The notes: generated from the sequence alone by a model not told the origin. Shown: positions 1-10,985, numbered from the stretch's first letter. The stretch is 64,000 nt of DNA from Clostridia bacterium (GCA_051866635.1 JBJDXJ010000049.1:1-64000), one strand, 5' to 3'. Made by a program: numbers and translations.

Positions 1-1
1 A

Positions 2-2077
2 TTTGACGAAACCCACGACTTAAAAGGAAATACAGTAAGCGTAAGACCAAAGACAAACTCCCGTGCAATGACAAACTTTTTAGTTTACTGGGACGGCGAC
101 TTGTCCCGTGAAATTTTAGACGACAACCAGCTTGCAAAATTTTATGCAGACACAGGCTACACGGTAAGATTTTATAATGACGGTGCAGGCTATCTTCCCG
201 CTACAAGCAACAACTATTCAAAACAAACACCTTCACTTGTTGCAGATATATGGGGCGATTGGCGTGAGGAAATCATAATGCCCATAGGAAAGGGCGAAGG
301 GGAAACACCGTACCTTCGCATTATGACTTCCGTCCTTCCCACAACGTATCGCCTTACAACCCTTATGCACGACTGCCAGTACCGATTGGCTATTGCATGG
401 CAGAATGTTGCATACAACCAACCGCCCCACACAAGTTACTATATCGGCTCGGCGGCGTTGGCTGTAAACCGGAGCGGTGTAATACAAAACTACCTTGCAC
501 CGAAAACTGCATACACCGTTCCCTATTACGTAACAGGTACAGCGGTTGAAGGTGTCAGCTTATCTACAGATGAAATCACCTTAAAAGAGGGGCAGACTTA
601 TAGCATCACAGCTCGCCTTGAACCTGAAAATGCCACAAAGAAAGGCATTATATGGGAAAGCGACAATGAAGCTGTGGCTATGGTTTCGGGTGGAAAGGTA
701 ACCGCCACAGGCGAAGGTGTGTGTGAAATCACCGCAACAACACGTGACGGCGGCTTTAAGGCTTATTGTAAAGTTCGTGTCGTGGGTGTTGAAGCCCTTG
801 ACACACTGGGGGATAACGTATTTACGTCAAACCACGACTCCTTTGCAGGTGGCATTGACAGTGCATCCCTTAACCTTACGGACAGCAGCACCGGTGCATA
901 CTTTTTACGTGAATTTACGCCCTATTATCAGAATAAGGCAACCGTTTCCTTTAAGTTTAATACAGGCGGCAGAAAGATTGACGGCACAAACTGGAACTGG
1001 GACGGACATGAATACGGATTTGGACTTGAATTTTTAGACACCTACGGGAATAACATAATCAACATTGCACAATGGTATTATTCCTCGGCAGAACCTACGA
1101 CGGCAAAAATTATTGACGGTGACTTTGTGGGTATTCAGTCCTCATGGAGCGTTTCGGGTGAGGGTGAGGAGCCCATGAACCGCAGTTCTACTACATGGTT
1201 TGTAACAATGGAATTTGATTACGATACAGATAAGTGTACTGCCACAATTGCAGGCAGCGACGGCCTGAAAAAGTACACAAAGGTCTTTGACCTTGAGGGC
1301 AGAAGCTTTAAGACCTTAAAATACTGGGTATCTGTCACAGGTGAAGGAGGCATTTCCGTAGGACCCTCCCTTAGTAATCTTACATATTCCCTCACAACAG
1401 AAAAGGCGGATGCGGCAGTGCAGATTGTTTTGGTGGAAGGCAAAAACGTAAAATATCTCGCCTATGACAAGTGTGAGGGCGAAGGTGTGATTATAGGTGC
1501 CGCATATGATGATAAGGGAGCTCTTGTTTTTGCAGAAAGCAAGAATATAAATCTTACAGCCTTGCCCGAGTACGGTGACTTTACGTTTACTAAATCTGTT
1601 GACGGATATAAAGTGGGCCTGTTTATATGGGAAAGGACGAATTCTCTTGTCCCTGTAGGCTTAAATGGCAAAAGCACCTTTGCAATAAAAAAACTTGCAC
1701 CTGTAACTGTTACGGCAAGCTCCGAGCCTGAAAGTAATAACGGTGCAAAAAACGCAGTTGACGGCAATCTTAACACAAAATGGACAAGTCAGGGCGTAAA
1801 TAATATTGTACTTGATTTGGGAGAGGTATTTACATTAAATCAGATTAAACTTGCCTTTTCCAAATATGACGACGACCGCACTATTCCCTTTGTTATTTAT
1901 GTATCGGAGAATAATGTTACATGGGAAACTGTTTGCCTTGGGAACAGCGTACCTGAAAGCGGTGACTATATGAGCTTTATCACAAACAAAACAGCACGCT
2001 ATGTAAAAGTCGAAGTAAAAGGGAATACCGTTTCAGGCTGGAACAGTGTTTCTGAAATTGAAGTTTACGGCGGATAA
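2..2077 (+). CDS. Rhamnogalacturonan lyase (PL11, YesW/YesX-like) C-terminal part + Big_2 Ig domain + F5/8 type C (CBM32-like) domain; 5'-truncated by the window edge
   Basis: Frame is open from position 2; PL11 motifs WDGDLSREILD, ADIWGDWREEI and YRLAIAWQNVAYNQPPHTSYY; Big_2 motif (PENATKKGIIWESDNEAVA); discoidin motif (NAVDGNLNTKW...ARYVKV...SEIEVYG). Confidence 0.85.
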   Translation, partial: FDETHDLKGNTVSVRPKTNSRAMTNFLVYWDGDLSREILDDNQLAKFYADTGYTVRFYNDGAGYLPATSNNYSKQTPSLVADIWGDWREEIIMPIGKGEGETPYLRIMTSVLPTTYRLTTLMHDCQYRLAIAWQNVAYNQPPHTSYYIGSAALAVNRSGVIQNYLAPKTAYTVPYYVTGTAVEGVSLSTDEITLKEGQTYSITARLEPENATKKGIIWESDNEAVAMVSGGKVTATGEGVCEITATTRDGGFKAYCKVRVVGVEALDTLGDNVFTSNHDSFAGGIDSASLNLTDSSTGAYFLREFTPYYQNKATVSFKFNTGGRKIDGTNWNWDGHEYGFGLEFLDTYGNNIINIAQWYYSSAEPTTAKIIDGDFVGIQSSWSVSGEGEEPMNRSSTTWFVTMEFDYDTDKCTATIAGSDGLKKYTKVFDLEGRSFKTLKYWVSVTGEGGISVGPSLSNLTYSLTTEKADAAVQIVLVEGKNVKYLAYDKCEGEGVIIGAAYDDKGALVFAESKNINLTALPEYGDFTFTKSVDGYKVGLFIWERTNSLVPVGLNGKSTFAIKKLAPVTVTASSEPESNNGAKNAVDGNLNTKWTSQGVNNIVLDLGEVFTLNQIKLAFSKYDDDRTIPFVIYVSENNVTWETVCLGNSVPESGDYMSFITNKTARYVKVEVKGNTVSGWNSVSEIEVYGG

Positions 2078-2090
2078 GTATAATGTAAAT

Positions 2091-2125
2091 AAATGACCTC
2101 AAAGGTTCTCCTTTGAGGTCATTTT
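2091..2125. terminator. Bidirectional intrinsic terminator
   Basis: aaatgacctcaaagg-ttct-cctttgaggtcattt hairpin between convergent genes. Confidence 0.8.
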
Positions 2126-2703
2126 CATACTAAAATGGGTTGAATTTGTCTGTTTTCAAGGGCTTCTTCAATAGCTTTGGGAATAAGCGAAAAATCGGAA
2201 ACTAAGGATCTGTGCTTTTTAAAGGGATCATCCTGCCCGAAGGGTACAAAGTAAATGTTTTTTGTGTTTAAAAGCATACCCAAGTTTTTTGCGTTGGCAC
2301 CAAGTCCGTCATTGGTGGAAGGCGCAATTAAAAGAGGTCGTTCGTTTCTTAAATGTGCCTTTGCCGCCATGGTTACCGAGGTGTCGGTCAAGCCTTGTGC
2401 CAGCTTAGAGAGTGTGTTTCCCGTACAGGGTGCAATTATAAGAATATCCAATAGCTTGCCGGGACCAATAGGTTCTGCTTGAGAAACTGTTGTAATCACA
2501 TCTTTTTTACAGACTGAGGAAATTTTCTCCTTGAAATACCCTGCACTGCCAAATCTGGTATTGGTTGTGGCGGCGTTTATGCTCATTATCGGTGTGATAT
2601 CGGTGTATATCTCCGAAAGTTTAACAAGTTCATTAATTACCTTGTCAAAGGTGCAGAAAGACCCCGTAAATGCAAAACCTATTCTTGTGTCAGAGTTTGC
2701 CAT
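2125..2703 (-). CDS. spoVFB: Dipicolinate synthase subunit B
   Basis: GFAFTGSFCTF, flavoprotein motif APCTGNTLSKLA, VPFGQDDP; follows subunit A. Confidence 0.95.
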   Translation of the reverse strand: MANSDTRIGFAFTGSFCTFDKVINELVKLSEIYTDITPIMSINAATTNTRFGSAGYFKEKISSVCKKDVITTVSQAEPIGPGKLLDILIIAPCTGNTLSKLAQGLTDTSVTMAAKAHLRNERPLLIAPSTNDGLGANAKNLGMLLNTKNIYFVPFGQDDPFKKHRSLVSDFSLIPKAIEEALENRQIQPILV

Positions 2704-2728
2704 GGGGGAATATATCGTCCTTTCTGTA

Positions 2729-3562
2729 TTACAGTCTTATATCTTCGACTATATTGCATACTGTCTTTTGTATTATTTCACCGGCACTGACGGGCGCGAC
2801 CTTCCCGGGGAGACCTAAAGCCCATATTACGTTCAGACCTACAGATCTGGCATAATCCAAAGCTATGCCGCCAGGTTTTGATGCCAGGTCAATTATGCCC
2901 TGAGATTGGGTCATATTTGACAACACGTTTTTTTCAATGACCTTTGCCGGGACGGTGTTGAACAAAATATCACAGTCGGATACATATTTGGGAAGAAGGG
3001 TAAAGGAGATGGAACTGTAGCCTAAAGTTTCGGCTTCCGCCCGATCTTCCTTTTTTCTGGCACAAACACAAACACTGGCACCTAATGCCTTAAGTCTTTG
3101 GCAAAGTGCTTTTGCCACTTTGCCGAACCCTGTTACAATCACACGGGAGGAATGAATTGTAAAAGGAAATTCTTCCATGGCAATCTGGATGGCACCTTCG
3201 GCAGTGGGGACAGCGTTTAAAATTTCAAACTCCTCGTTGTCGGCATAATCTGCCCACTTTACATAGTACACATCAAAAAGAGCTTTAACTCTTTCAGATA
3301 GTCTGCCGCCTAAAACTATTTTGTTTTTCCCTGCAAGCATTGCGACATCACGAAGGGAAATGTCAAGGGTGTTTTCCGTGTTTACATGGATGTCATCCGT
3401 ACTGGCAGGTATTCCCAAAAGGATTATCTTGCTTTGCTCAATTGCACTTTTTAAAGGAGTGGAACCGTCAAAAACCGTTACGTTGTACCCTTTATTCACA
3501 AATGCTTTGGCGGCTTCATCCATACGAACGCCTCCGCCTATGATTAAAATTCTGTCGGTCAT
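2729..3562 (-). CDS. spoVFA: Dipicolinate synthase subunit A
   Basis: NAVPTAEGA, GFGKVA, DLASKPGG and LGLPGKVAP motifs. Confidence 0.95.
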   Translation of the reverse strand: MTDRILIIGGGVRMDEAAKAFVNKGYNVTVFDGSTPLKSAIEQSKIILLGIPASTDDIHVNTENTLDISLRDVAMLAGKNKIVLGGRLSERVKALFDVYYVKWADYADNEEFEILNAVPTAEGAIQIAMEEFPFTIHSSRVIVTGFGKVAKALCQRLKALGASVCVCARKKEDRAEAETLGYSSISFTLLPKYVSDCDILFNTVPAKVIEKNVLSNMTQSQGIIDLASKPGGIALDYARSVGLNVIWALGLPGKVAPVSAGEIIQKTVCNIVEDIRL

Positions 3563-3629
3563 AATTTAACACCTCAATAAATTATATGCACAGTGCAAAA
3601 AAAGGTTTAAGGAAATTTCCTTAAACCTT

Positions 3630-4199
3630 TTAAAAATATGTTCGCAGTTCGTAAAGTGCGTTTTCGCTTATCAGCTTTCCGTGCTCCGAAACACTGTCCG
3701 CCACACTGTCGCAGTCTGAAACTATGCCGAATTCCGAAAACAGAGGGTCTGTGTTTTCAATTACCATGTAGTAGCTGTTTTGGTAAAAATACAGACAGCC
3801 CCCTTCCTCTTCGCTAAAAAACTTTGCCATATTAACTGCATCTTCAAAATCCGAAAATTTAATGCATGCATATTTCCCCGCATTTTCTGTGGGACGGACC
3901 TTAAGCTTAATACGCCTTTTAACGGCATGGACAGCTTCTCTTAAATCCTCCATATCATCAAGCTTTGTAATATACATCACAAGAGAGTCATTTTCACCGG
4001 GCATAGCCTCAACCATCAAGCGGCAGTCAGAAGCGGAAAAGCCCGTTTCCTCCTCAGCTTTTCTGACAACGTTCATTAGAACCTTCTGCATCTGAGGTGC
4101 GTTATTTTTCACAGCCTCAGGTGTTATATTGTGCTCAATCAAGTCCTCATATGTGAATGTAACTTTTATTTTGTTAAGGTGAATTTTCTCAATTTTCAT
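3630..4199 (-). CDS. mecA: Adaptor protein MecA
   Basis: MKIEKIHLNKIKVTFTYEDL N-terminus, LMVEA, FSDFED, LYFYQNSYY and SEHGK typical of MecA; start reassigned to ATG 4199. Confidence 0.85.
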   Translation of the reverse strand: MKIEKIHLNKIKVTFTYEDLIEHNITPEAVKNNAPQMQKVLMNVVRKAEEETGFSASDCRLMVEAMPGENDSLVMYITKLDDMEDLREAVHAVKRRIKLKVRPTENAGKYACIKFSDFEDAVNMAKFFSEEEGGCLYFYQNSYYMVIENTDPLFSEFGIVSDCDSVADSVSEHGKLISENALYELRTYF

Positions 4200-4270
4200 A
4201 TCAATAACCCTTTCTATGCAATACATTATACATGAAGAACAGGGTTTTGAGAAGAGAAAAATTTGAAAAT

Positions 4271-4507
4271 TTACAAAAAAGCAATATATAGGCTTGTGAA
4301 TATAAGCAAAACTGCCACTGCACATAAAACATAGGGAATTTTACTGTGCTTTTTGGCTTTAAAAAATGTATATTCACGGACAATCCTTTCAGCTTCCTCC
4401 AATGCTGAAAACTCGTTTACCATTTCATCCTTTAAAATAAATATTGCCTGTGCAATCAAAGACGAATCCAAATTTTCCAATATGATTACCTTTTTGGTGT
4501 TGTTCAT
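4271..4507 (-). CDS. Small hypothetical protein with C-terminal TM helix
   Basis: RBS gggaggg; AQAIFILK...AERIV motif; directly downstream of spoIIE. Confidence 0.65.
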   Translation of the reverse strand: MNNTKKVIILENLDSSLIAQAIFILKDEMVNEFSALEEAERIVREYTFFKAKKHSKIPYVLCAVAVLLIFTSLYIAFL

Positions 4508-4556
4508 AAAAAATCCCTCCCTTTAAAAGCTTTTCCAAAGGCAGGGATTTTATACA

Positions 4557-6908
4557 TTATTCAATTACCGCAGTGAGAACTGTAATGTCGTCCCGTGGAT
4601 TTTTACCGCATTTTTCCATAGCCTTTTCCACAATAAGGTCCGACAGGCGTGCAATGTCGCTTCCGTGGAATTGTTCAAGCTCCCTGATAAGCCACGCATC
4701 TTTTAACGCTCCTTCTGCCGCACTTTCCAAAACACCGTCCGATATCATTATTATCATATCACCCTCACGGGCTGAAAGTGTAAATGTTTCTGTACCCGAG
4801 GGGATACATGAGCCTAAGGGCATTGTTTTGGAGTAAAGTGCATCCACCCTGTCACCGCTTTTTGTAAAGGAAGCGGCAGAACCGCACTTTATTATTTTGG
4901 CGGTCATGTCACGTGAATTATAAATACATAAGTCTGTAGCGGAAAATGTAACTTCACCTGTGGGGATAAGTAAAGAGTTCACTATTTTTACCGCATCCTC
5001 GCCACTAATTCCTGCTTCTATTAAATCAAGAAGCATTTCCGAAGCACCCTTTGCCTCCATTGCCGCCTTTTCACCGTAGCCCATGCCGTCACAAAGAACA
5101 GCGGCTGTAATGTTCTTGTTTATAATGCGGTATTCGGCACAATCACCCGACAGCTTCTTTTTGTCTCTGCTTTTCTTGGAAACGGCAAAATTCATTTTAA
5201 CAGGAGGTGACACAACGTATTTTATGTTACAGTTTTTACAGTCACGCTTGCCTGAACGTATCATAGTCCGCCCGCAGGAGGCGGAAATAATATCGCAGAC
5301 ACCGTTTTCGCAAAGGGCAAAACCACCGCAACCTGAAAGGTGCAGCATTACCGTAGGGTCTGACTCTTCATCACGCATAACAACCACATTGGAGCATTTT
5401 ATGTTTTCCTTTTCAAGCTTCCTTGTTATGTCATCGGCTAAAGCACGGTCAAAGCTTCGGCTTTCGGATAAGGCACGGACAGCGCCTGTAAGTATTTCGG
5501 AAAAAGCCGCCATCTGGTTTTTTGATGCTTCCCGTACCTCCTGTATTTTGTTTGCCCATATAACATCGGAACGGTAAATGTCGGTAAGGTGCATAAATGC
5601 ATCCTTAAGCTCACGGGGTCTCAGACAGTTTTCTGGTAAAAGCTCGCTTTGAAAAATCCCTGTTTTGTTGTATTCTGTTAAAGCATTATTTAACGAATGG
5701 CAAGTTTTACTCAAATCTCTGCCCCAACAAAGCCTTTTCATACCGCAACCCATACATGCACGACGGGCAACTCTTTCGTAAAACTTAAGCTCTGCCTCGC
5801 CCTCCTTTGTCCGTTTTGCCTCCAGCTTGTCCATTCTTAAAGAAAGGCTTGATGTAACCTTTTGTGCATTTAAAAGTACAAAGTTACTGTAACAGCGTTC
5901 ATCCTCTGCACAGCGGAGCTTTTCATCCCTTGCCCCGAAGCTTGTAAGCCTTAAAAGAAGCCTTTCGGGAATAAGGCTGTATATAATGCATGCGGAAAAA
6001 ATGTCGTAAATATTTATAAGTACCTCGGTAGAGCCGTTGGCAAAGGCGGTAATCAGCGCATTTGAAAAAATGAACGCACTACAACCGGGTATGGCGCCGT
6101 AACCGCCTGCCAAACCGGCGGCAAGTCCCGAAAAGGCGTAGGACACACAGCTTGTGTCAACAATGCCTTTTCCCAGTGCAGACACAAGACCCATTGTAAG
6201 TCCCGCTACCGCACCTCTTGCACTGCCCAGTCTTACGGAAAAAATCAATACTATAAGTATACAGATTATGTCGGATAGGTTAATTATGCCAATCTGTGAA
6301 ATGTCTTTCATTCCCCACAAGGCACAGCCTAAAAGGGACACAAGGCTTATTTCCTCAATTGATGAAAAGGTGTAAGAAAGTTTCATCTGCCTTATGATTG
6401 GTATTGCCTTGTGAAATGCCACCACAGCACAAAATGCCGCCGCACATTCCACAATAAGATTAAAGCTGTCGTAAAGAAGCGTCAGGGTGGACTGTGTAAC
6501 GAGAAAGCAAAAGCCCGACAATGCTAAGGAAAAGGCAAAAATCCCCCCTCGTATAAGGGAATTGTCCTTTGACGCTTTAGGTAATTTATCGGTAATTAAT
6601 GCAAAAGATGTCATTGCAAACATATATTTACCTAAGTCAACAAGTGGTGCTTTTGAGGATAGCTGACCTAATATTGCCCCCAGCAAATATATAAGCCCGT
6701 ACTTATCTGAAAATGCCGCCGCAAAAAATGCACCGCCGAAAGGGTGGAGAGAAGAAAACAAGGTTGCCCTTCCGCACAAAAGTGAAATAAGAAAGAAAAA
6801 TCCTTCAAATACAGTAATTTTTATCATGGGTTTTTTCCTATTAATATTGTTTAGTGCCTTTTTTGTTTTTTCCAGAATAACTATGGGCTTTATATCCCTA
6901 TTATCCAT
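4557..6908 (-). CDS. spoIIE: Stage II sporulation protein E (PP2C phosphatase)
   Basis: About 10 N-terminal TM helices, CxxC region, PP2C motifs SGD, CDGMGYG, SDGV and DDITV. Confidence 0.9.
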   Translation of the reverse strand: MDNRDIKPIVILEKTKKALNNINRKKPMIKITVFEGFFFLISLLCGRATLFSSLHPFGGAFFAAAFSDKYGLIYLLGAILGQLSSKAPLVDLGKYMFAMTSFALITDKLPKASKDNSLIRGGIFAFSLALSGFCFLVTQSTLTLLYDSFNLIVECAAAFCAVVAFHKAIPIIRQMKLSYTFSSIEEISLVSLLGCALWGMKDISQIGIINLSDIICILIVLIFSVRLGSARGAVAGLTMGLVSALGKGIVDTSCVSYAFSGLAAGLAGGYGAIPGCSAFIFSNALITAFANGSTEVLINIYDIFSACIIYSLIPERLLLRLTSFGARDEKLRCAEDERCYSNFVLLNAQKVTSSLSLRMDKLEAKRTKEGEAELKFYERVARRACMGCGMKRLCWGRDLSKTCHSLNNALTEYNKTGIFQSELLPENCLRPRELKDAFMHLTDIYRSDVIWANKIQEVREASKNQMAAFSEILTGAVRALSESRSFDRALADDITRKLEKENIKCSNVVVMRDEESDPTVMLHLSGCGGFALCENGVCDIISASCGRTMIRSGKRDCKNCNIKYVVSPPVKMNFAVSKKSRDKKKLSGDCAEYRIINKNITAAVLCDGMGYGEKAAMEAKGASEMLLDLIEAGISGEDAVKIVNSLLIPTGEVTFSATDLCIYNSRDMTAKIIKCGSAASFTKSGDRVDALYSKTMPLGSCIPSGTETFTLSAREGDMIIMISDGVLESAAEGALKDAWLIRELEQFHGSDIARLSDLIVEKAMEKCGKNPRDDITVLTAVIE

Positions 6909-7060
6909 GTTTCATCACTTGCCTTTCCTGTGTTTTTTTCATTATAACAAATGAAAAATAAAAATGCTGTCACAATAGGGTAGTGAAATAAACATATTGC
7001 ATTTTTTTTATTACTATTATATAATGAGTTAAACAGATTTTGAAAAGGTGGTCTTAAGAC

Positions 7061-7852
7061 TTGAATAAATATATTCCTACCGCTTTTGTAAAACTTCATG
7101 CAAAGCGAAGCATGAAGGGAAAATTCGGAACTATTTTAGCGTCCTGCCTTATTGAACTTGCAATTATTCTTGGGGTCAGTGCAATTATCATAGCTTTTAT
7201 GCCCGGTGGCTTTGAACGCTTCAGGTTAATGACTGTGGGAACATTTGACTCCCTTGAGGACCAGGTTTACTATCAGGCTAATGCTTTAAACCTTTTTTTT
7301 AATGTTATTTCTTTGGTCAGCGTGCCCTTTGCCTTCGTAACAGTGGGCAGGTTCAAAGTTGTGCTTAATGCGGTAAGGGGCAGGGAGGTATCTTGTAAAC
7401 AAGTATTCTCCTTCTACGGCAGATGGTACATTGCCTCTCTTTTCCCCCTTTTGACAATCATCTTAGGCTATGGTGTCACTTTTATACAGTCCTTCATGGA
7501 AAATGTTAAGGTAAACGATTCAATAGTGGCACTTCTTATACTTATGTGCCAATGTGTGGTTTACTTCTTATCTTATAAACTTATGTTCGTAAACAATGCC
7601 CTGGCAGACAACGACTGTAAAAACTTTATAGAAGCCGTAAAATTAAGCTGGAAAATAACCGACGGAAAAATGTTTGTAAATGTTTTGGTATTATCTCTGT
7701 CCTTTATTGGCTGGTTTATCCTTTCCATGTTCACTTTGGGACTTCTGTTTTTATATGTGATTCCATATATGGAAACATCGGTGACAACCCTTTATGACAT
7801 GGCAGTACAATTTATAAAACAAAACACTGAAAACACAACTTCAAATGAATAG
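7061..7852 (+). CDS. DUF975-family membrane protein
   Basis: LKxxAKRSMKGK start; C-terminal LSFIGWFIL...TLGL...VIPY motif. Confidence 0.75.
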   Translation: MNKYIPTAFVKLHAKRSMKGKFGTILASCLIELAIILGVSAIIIAFMPGGFERFRLMTVGTFDSLEDQVYYQANALNLFFNVISLVSVPFAFVTVGRFKVVLNAVRGREVSCKQVFSFYGRWYIASLFPLLTIILGYGVTFIQSFMENVKVNDSIVALLILMCQCVVYFLSYKLMFVNNALADNDCKNFIEAVKLSWKITDGKMFVNVLVLSLSFIGWFILSMFTLGLLFLYVIPYMETSVTTLYDMAVQFIKQNTENTTSNE

Positions 7853-8011
7853 TGAATAATGAATGATGAATAATTGATGTGAATTTACGCGTTGAAAGCG
7901 AAAATTTTCCGAAATTATTCATTTTTCATTATTAATTATTAATCGCAGATTACATTCTGCCCCCTTTTATTATGGAATGTTTAAGCTATTATTACAGAAC
8001 GGTTTCAGCTA

Positions 8012-8040
8012 TTGACTTTAACTATTTTACTGAGTACAAT
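8012..8040 (+). promoter_or_regulatory. Sigma-A promoter P1 of the S-layer gene
   Basis: TTGACT-17-TACAAT. Confidence 0.6.
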
Positions 8041-8121
8041 GAAATTGATGATAGTACCAAACCCTTCTGTTACAGTATGTTATCGTAATTTTACAGTTTT
8101 ATTACAGATGGCAATTATCTG

Positions 8122-8150
8122 TTGACGGGAGAATTTAACGGTGCTATAAT
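8122..8150 (+). promoter_or_regulatory. Sigma-A promoter P2 of the S-layer gene
   Basis: TTGACG-17-TATAAT with extended TG. Confidence 0.75.
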
Positions 8151-8264
8151 CCCAGTAGAGTCAGGATGCGAATCCTGTCGAAGCGCGAAGCTTCTTTGAA
8201 AGCGGGAGCTTAAGTGCCAAACAAGATTTGCTTTCAAAAAAATTTTTTAAGGAGGATTTGAGAC

Positions 8265-10985
8265 ATGAGAAATCTCAAAAAAGTTCTTGCATTAGTTGTT
8301 GCTGTTGCTATGATCGCAAGCATGGGCATTGTTGCTTCTGCTGCTTCTTTCGGCGATGTAGCTGCAAACGCTTCTTATGCAGAAGCAGTTAACCTTCTCT
8401 CTAACCTTGGTATCATCAAGGGTGATGAGAACGGTAATTTCAGACCCACAGACACTGTAACAAGAGCAGAAGCTGCTACAATGATTGTACGCGTTCTTGG
8501 TCTTGCTGACGACGTTGAACAGGGCGAAACAATGTTTACAGACGTTGCTGCTGATAACTGGGCTTCCGGTTATGTAAACGTAGCAGTAGCTAACGGTATC
8601 GTTAACGGTATGGGCGATGGTACATTCGCTCCTAACGGTGAAGTAACATACGGTCAGATCGTTAAGATGATCGTTTGTGCTCTCGGTTATGAACCCGTTG
8701 CACTTGCAAACGGCGGCTGGAACGGCGGCGGTTACATCCTCGCAGGTTCCAAGGCTGGTTTCACAAAGGGTGTTTCCGGTACAGCTGATGCTGCAGCTTC
8801 CAGAGCTACAGTTGCACAGCTTATCTACAACGCACTTGAAGTTGACCTTATGGACCAGAAGTCCTTCTCTACAGGTCTTAACGGTTCCACATACGAAGTA
8901 ATGGAAGGTAAGACAATCCTTACAGAATACCTTGAACTTGAAAAGGTTGAAGGCGTTATCGTAAAGACATACCTTTCCGACGTTGATGGTTACAGCGAAG
9001 ATGCTAACCAGGTAACACTTGTTGCTACAAAGGTTCAGGACGATTCTGATTACGTTGTAGGCGAAGAAATCACAGCTATCGCTGACGCTACAAGTGCTGC
9101 TACACTTCTCGGTTACTCTGTAGTTGCTTACGTTGGTGAAAACGATGATGACGAACTCGAAATCTTCGCAGCAACAGCAAAGTCCGGTAAGAACTCTGCT
9201 GTAGTTATCGATGTTGAAGACATCGAAGCATTTGATGCAAATTCTATCGTATACTACAAGAGCTCCAAGAAGACAACAGAAGCTACTATCGATAAGTTCG
9301 TAATCAACAAGGGTGAAGAATATCCTACAGATGATTACTACGTTGTAATCAACGGTTTCAACGTATATACAGGTGCTGCTGATATCTTTACTGTTTACAC
9401 AACTCTTGATGACATCACACTTCTTGACAACGATAACGATGGTAACTTTGAATTCATCTTTGCTACAGTTCCCGCTCTTGATGAAGGCAACGCTTTGGAA
9501 TTCGTAGTTGAAGAAGTTGATTCCGAAGACGAATGTTACTACATCACAGGTGAAAATGCTTCTGATAGCATCGAAATCGACTATGAAGATACAGATAAGC
9601 TCTATACAGTTGTTAAGGACGGCGTAATCGTTGATGCTTCCGCTATCGTTGAAGGCGACGTTGTAACAGTTCTTGATGATTCTACAGCTATCGTAACAGT
9701 ATACGTATCCTCCACAGTTGTTGAAGGTACAGTAGACGAAATCGACGATGATGTTTACACAATCGCTGGTAAGGAATACAAGCTCTCTGCTATCGCAGCT
9801 CCTGATGCTCCTTCTGCCGGTGACGAAGGTATGTTCTACATCAACTCTTCCGGTAAGATTGCTTACATCGATGCAGTTAGCACAATCGCTGACGCTGACT
9901 ATGTATACGTAATCGACACAAGCGTATCTAACGGTGACTTTGGTGACGATTCTTACCTTGTAAAGGTTGTTGACGCTAAGGGTGCAGTTAAGGTTTACAC
10001 ACTTAAGTCCAAGAAGGTTACAGTTGACGACGAAACAGGCCTCAAGGCTGAAGACGCATTTGACTTAATTGAAGCTAAGGGCGAAGGTCTTGCTAAGGTT
10101 GACCTTACAGCAGCCGGTGAACTTTCCGCTATCTACTACCCCGATTTTGAAGAATTCAAGGCTGATGATAAGTACGCTACAGACGGTGAAGCTGAAAGCA
10201 AGTCTTACAACGAAGCTCGTGGCACATACGGTGTATTTGACCTTGCTTCCGACGTTCTCGTATTCAACAAGGATACTAAGGAAGATGACCTCGAAGATGC
10301 TATCACAGTATCTACAGTAGGCGGTCTCTTCGTAGACGGTTCTTCCTACAGCTTCACAGCTTATACAGAAAAGAAGGACGGCGATCCCGTTGTTCTCGTA
10401 GCTACAGACGCTAAGGCTTCTATTGATGATGAAGCTCCTGTAATGGTAGTTACAAAGATTTCTACAGTAACATCTGATGACGAAAAGACAACAAAGCTTA
10501 CAGGTATCGTAGCTGGTTCTACAGTATCCGTAATCGTTGATCCCGAAGAAGATGGCGATGTAGATGTTGAAGTTGGTAACGTAATCCTTTACGCTACAAA
10601 CGCTGGTTATGCTACAGACCTTAAGGTTCTCTTCACATCTGACGAAGATGGTGTTGGTGGCATCGGTAGTGAACTTGGTAAGATTGAAACAGGATACTCT
10701 GATAAGGCAGTTACAGTTCACTATGGCGAAATCGATGAGAAGGCATCTAAGTCCTTCACAATGGTTGACGAATCCAGTGAAGAAGGAATAGTTAGATTCT
10801 ACTACGCTGATGACTGCAACGTAACAGTTGTTGACTACACAGGTAGAGACGTAACAATTTCCGCTGGTAAGCTTGCTTCTGTACAGGCTTCTACAGAAAA
10901 GTACTTGAGAACAGCATTCGTTAAGACAACTATCGACGCTGAAGACGAAGTTACAGACGTTGTAATTTTCGTAGAAAACAAGTAA
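8265..10985 (+). CDS. Major S-layer protein (signal peptide + N-terminal SLH domains)
   Basis: MRNLKKVLALV signal; SLH motifs (FRPTDTVTRAEAA, FAPNGEVT, ASRATVAQL); codon bias like that of the ribosomal protein genes; strong RBS and terminator. Confidence 0.9.
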   Translation: MRNLKKVLALVVAVAMIASMGIVASAASFGDVAANASYAEAVNLLSNLGIIKGDENGNFRPTDTVTRAEAATMIVRVLGLADDVEQGETMFTDVAADNWASGYVNVAVANGIVNGMGDGTFAPNGEVTYGQIVKMIVCALGYEPVALANGGWNGGGYILAGSKAGFTKGVSGTADAAASRATVAQLIYNALEVDLMDQKSFSTGLNGSTYEVMEGKTILTEYLELEKVEGVIVKTYLSDVDGYSEDANQVTLVATKVQDDSDYVVGEEITAIADATSAATLLGYSVVAYVGENDDDELEIFAATAKSGKNSAVVIDVEDIEAFDANSIVYYKSSKKTTEATIDKFVINKGEEYPTDDYYVVINGFNVYTGAADIFTVYTTLDDITLLDNDNDGNFEFIFATVPALDEGNALEFVVEEVDSEDECYYITGENASDSIEIDYEDTDKLYTVVKDGVIVDASAIVEGDVVTVLDDSTAIVTVYVSSTVVEGTVDEIDDDVYTIAGKEYKLSAIAAPDAPSAGDEGMFYINSSGKIAYIDAVSTIADADYVYVIDTSVSNGDFGDDSYLVKVVDAKGAVKVYTLKSKKVTVDDETGLKAEDAFDLIEAKGEGLAKVDLTAAGELSAIYYPDFEEFKADDKYATDGEAESKSYNEARGTYGVFDLASDVLVFNKDTKEDDLEDAITVSTVGGLFVDGSSYSFTAYTEKKDGDPVVLVATDAKASIDDEAPVMVVTKISTVTSDDEKTTKLTGIVAGSTVSVIVDPEEDGDVDVEVGNVILYATNAGYATDLKVLFTSDEDGVGGIGSELGKIETGYSDKAVTVHYGEIDEKASKSFTMVDESSEEGIVRFYYADDCNVTVVDYTGRDVTISAGKLASVQASTEKYLRTAFVKTTIDAEDEVTDVVIFVENK

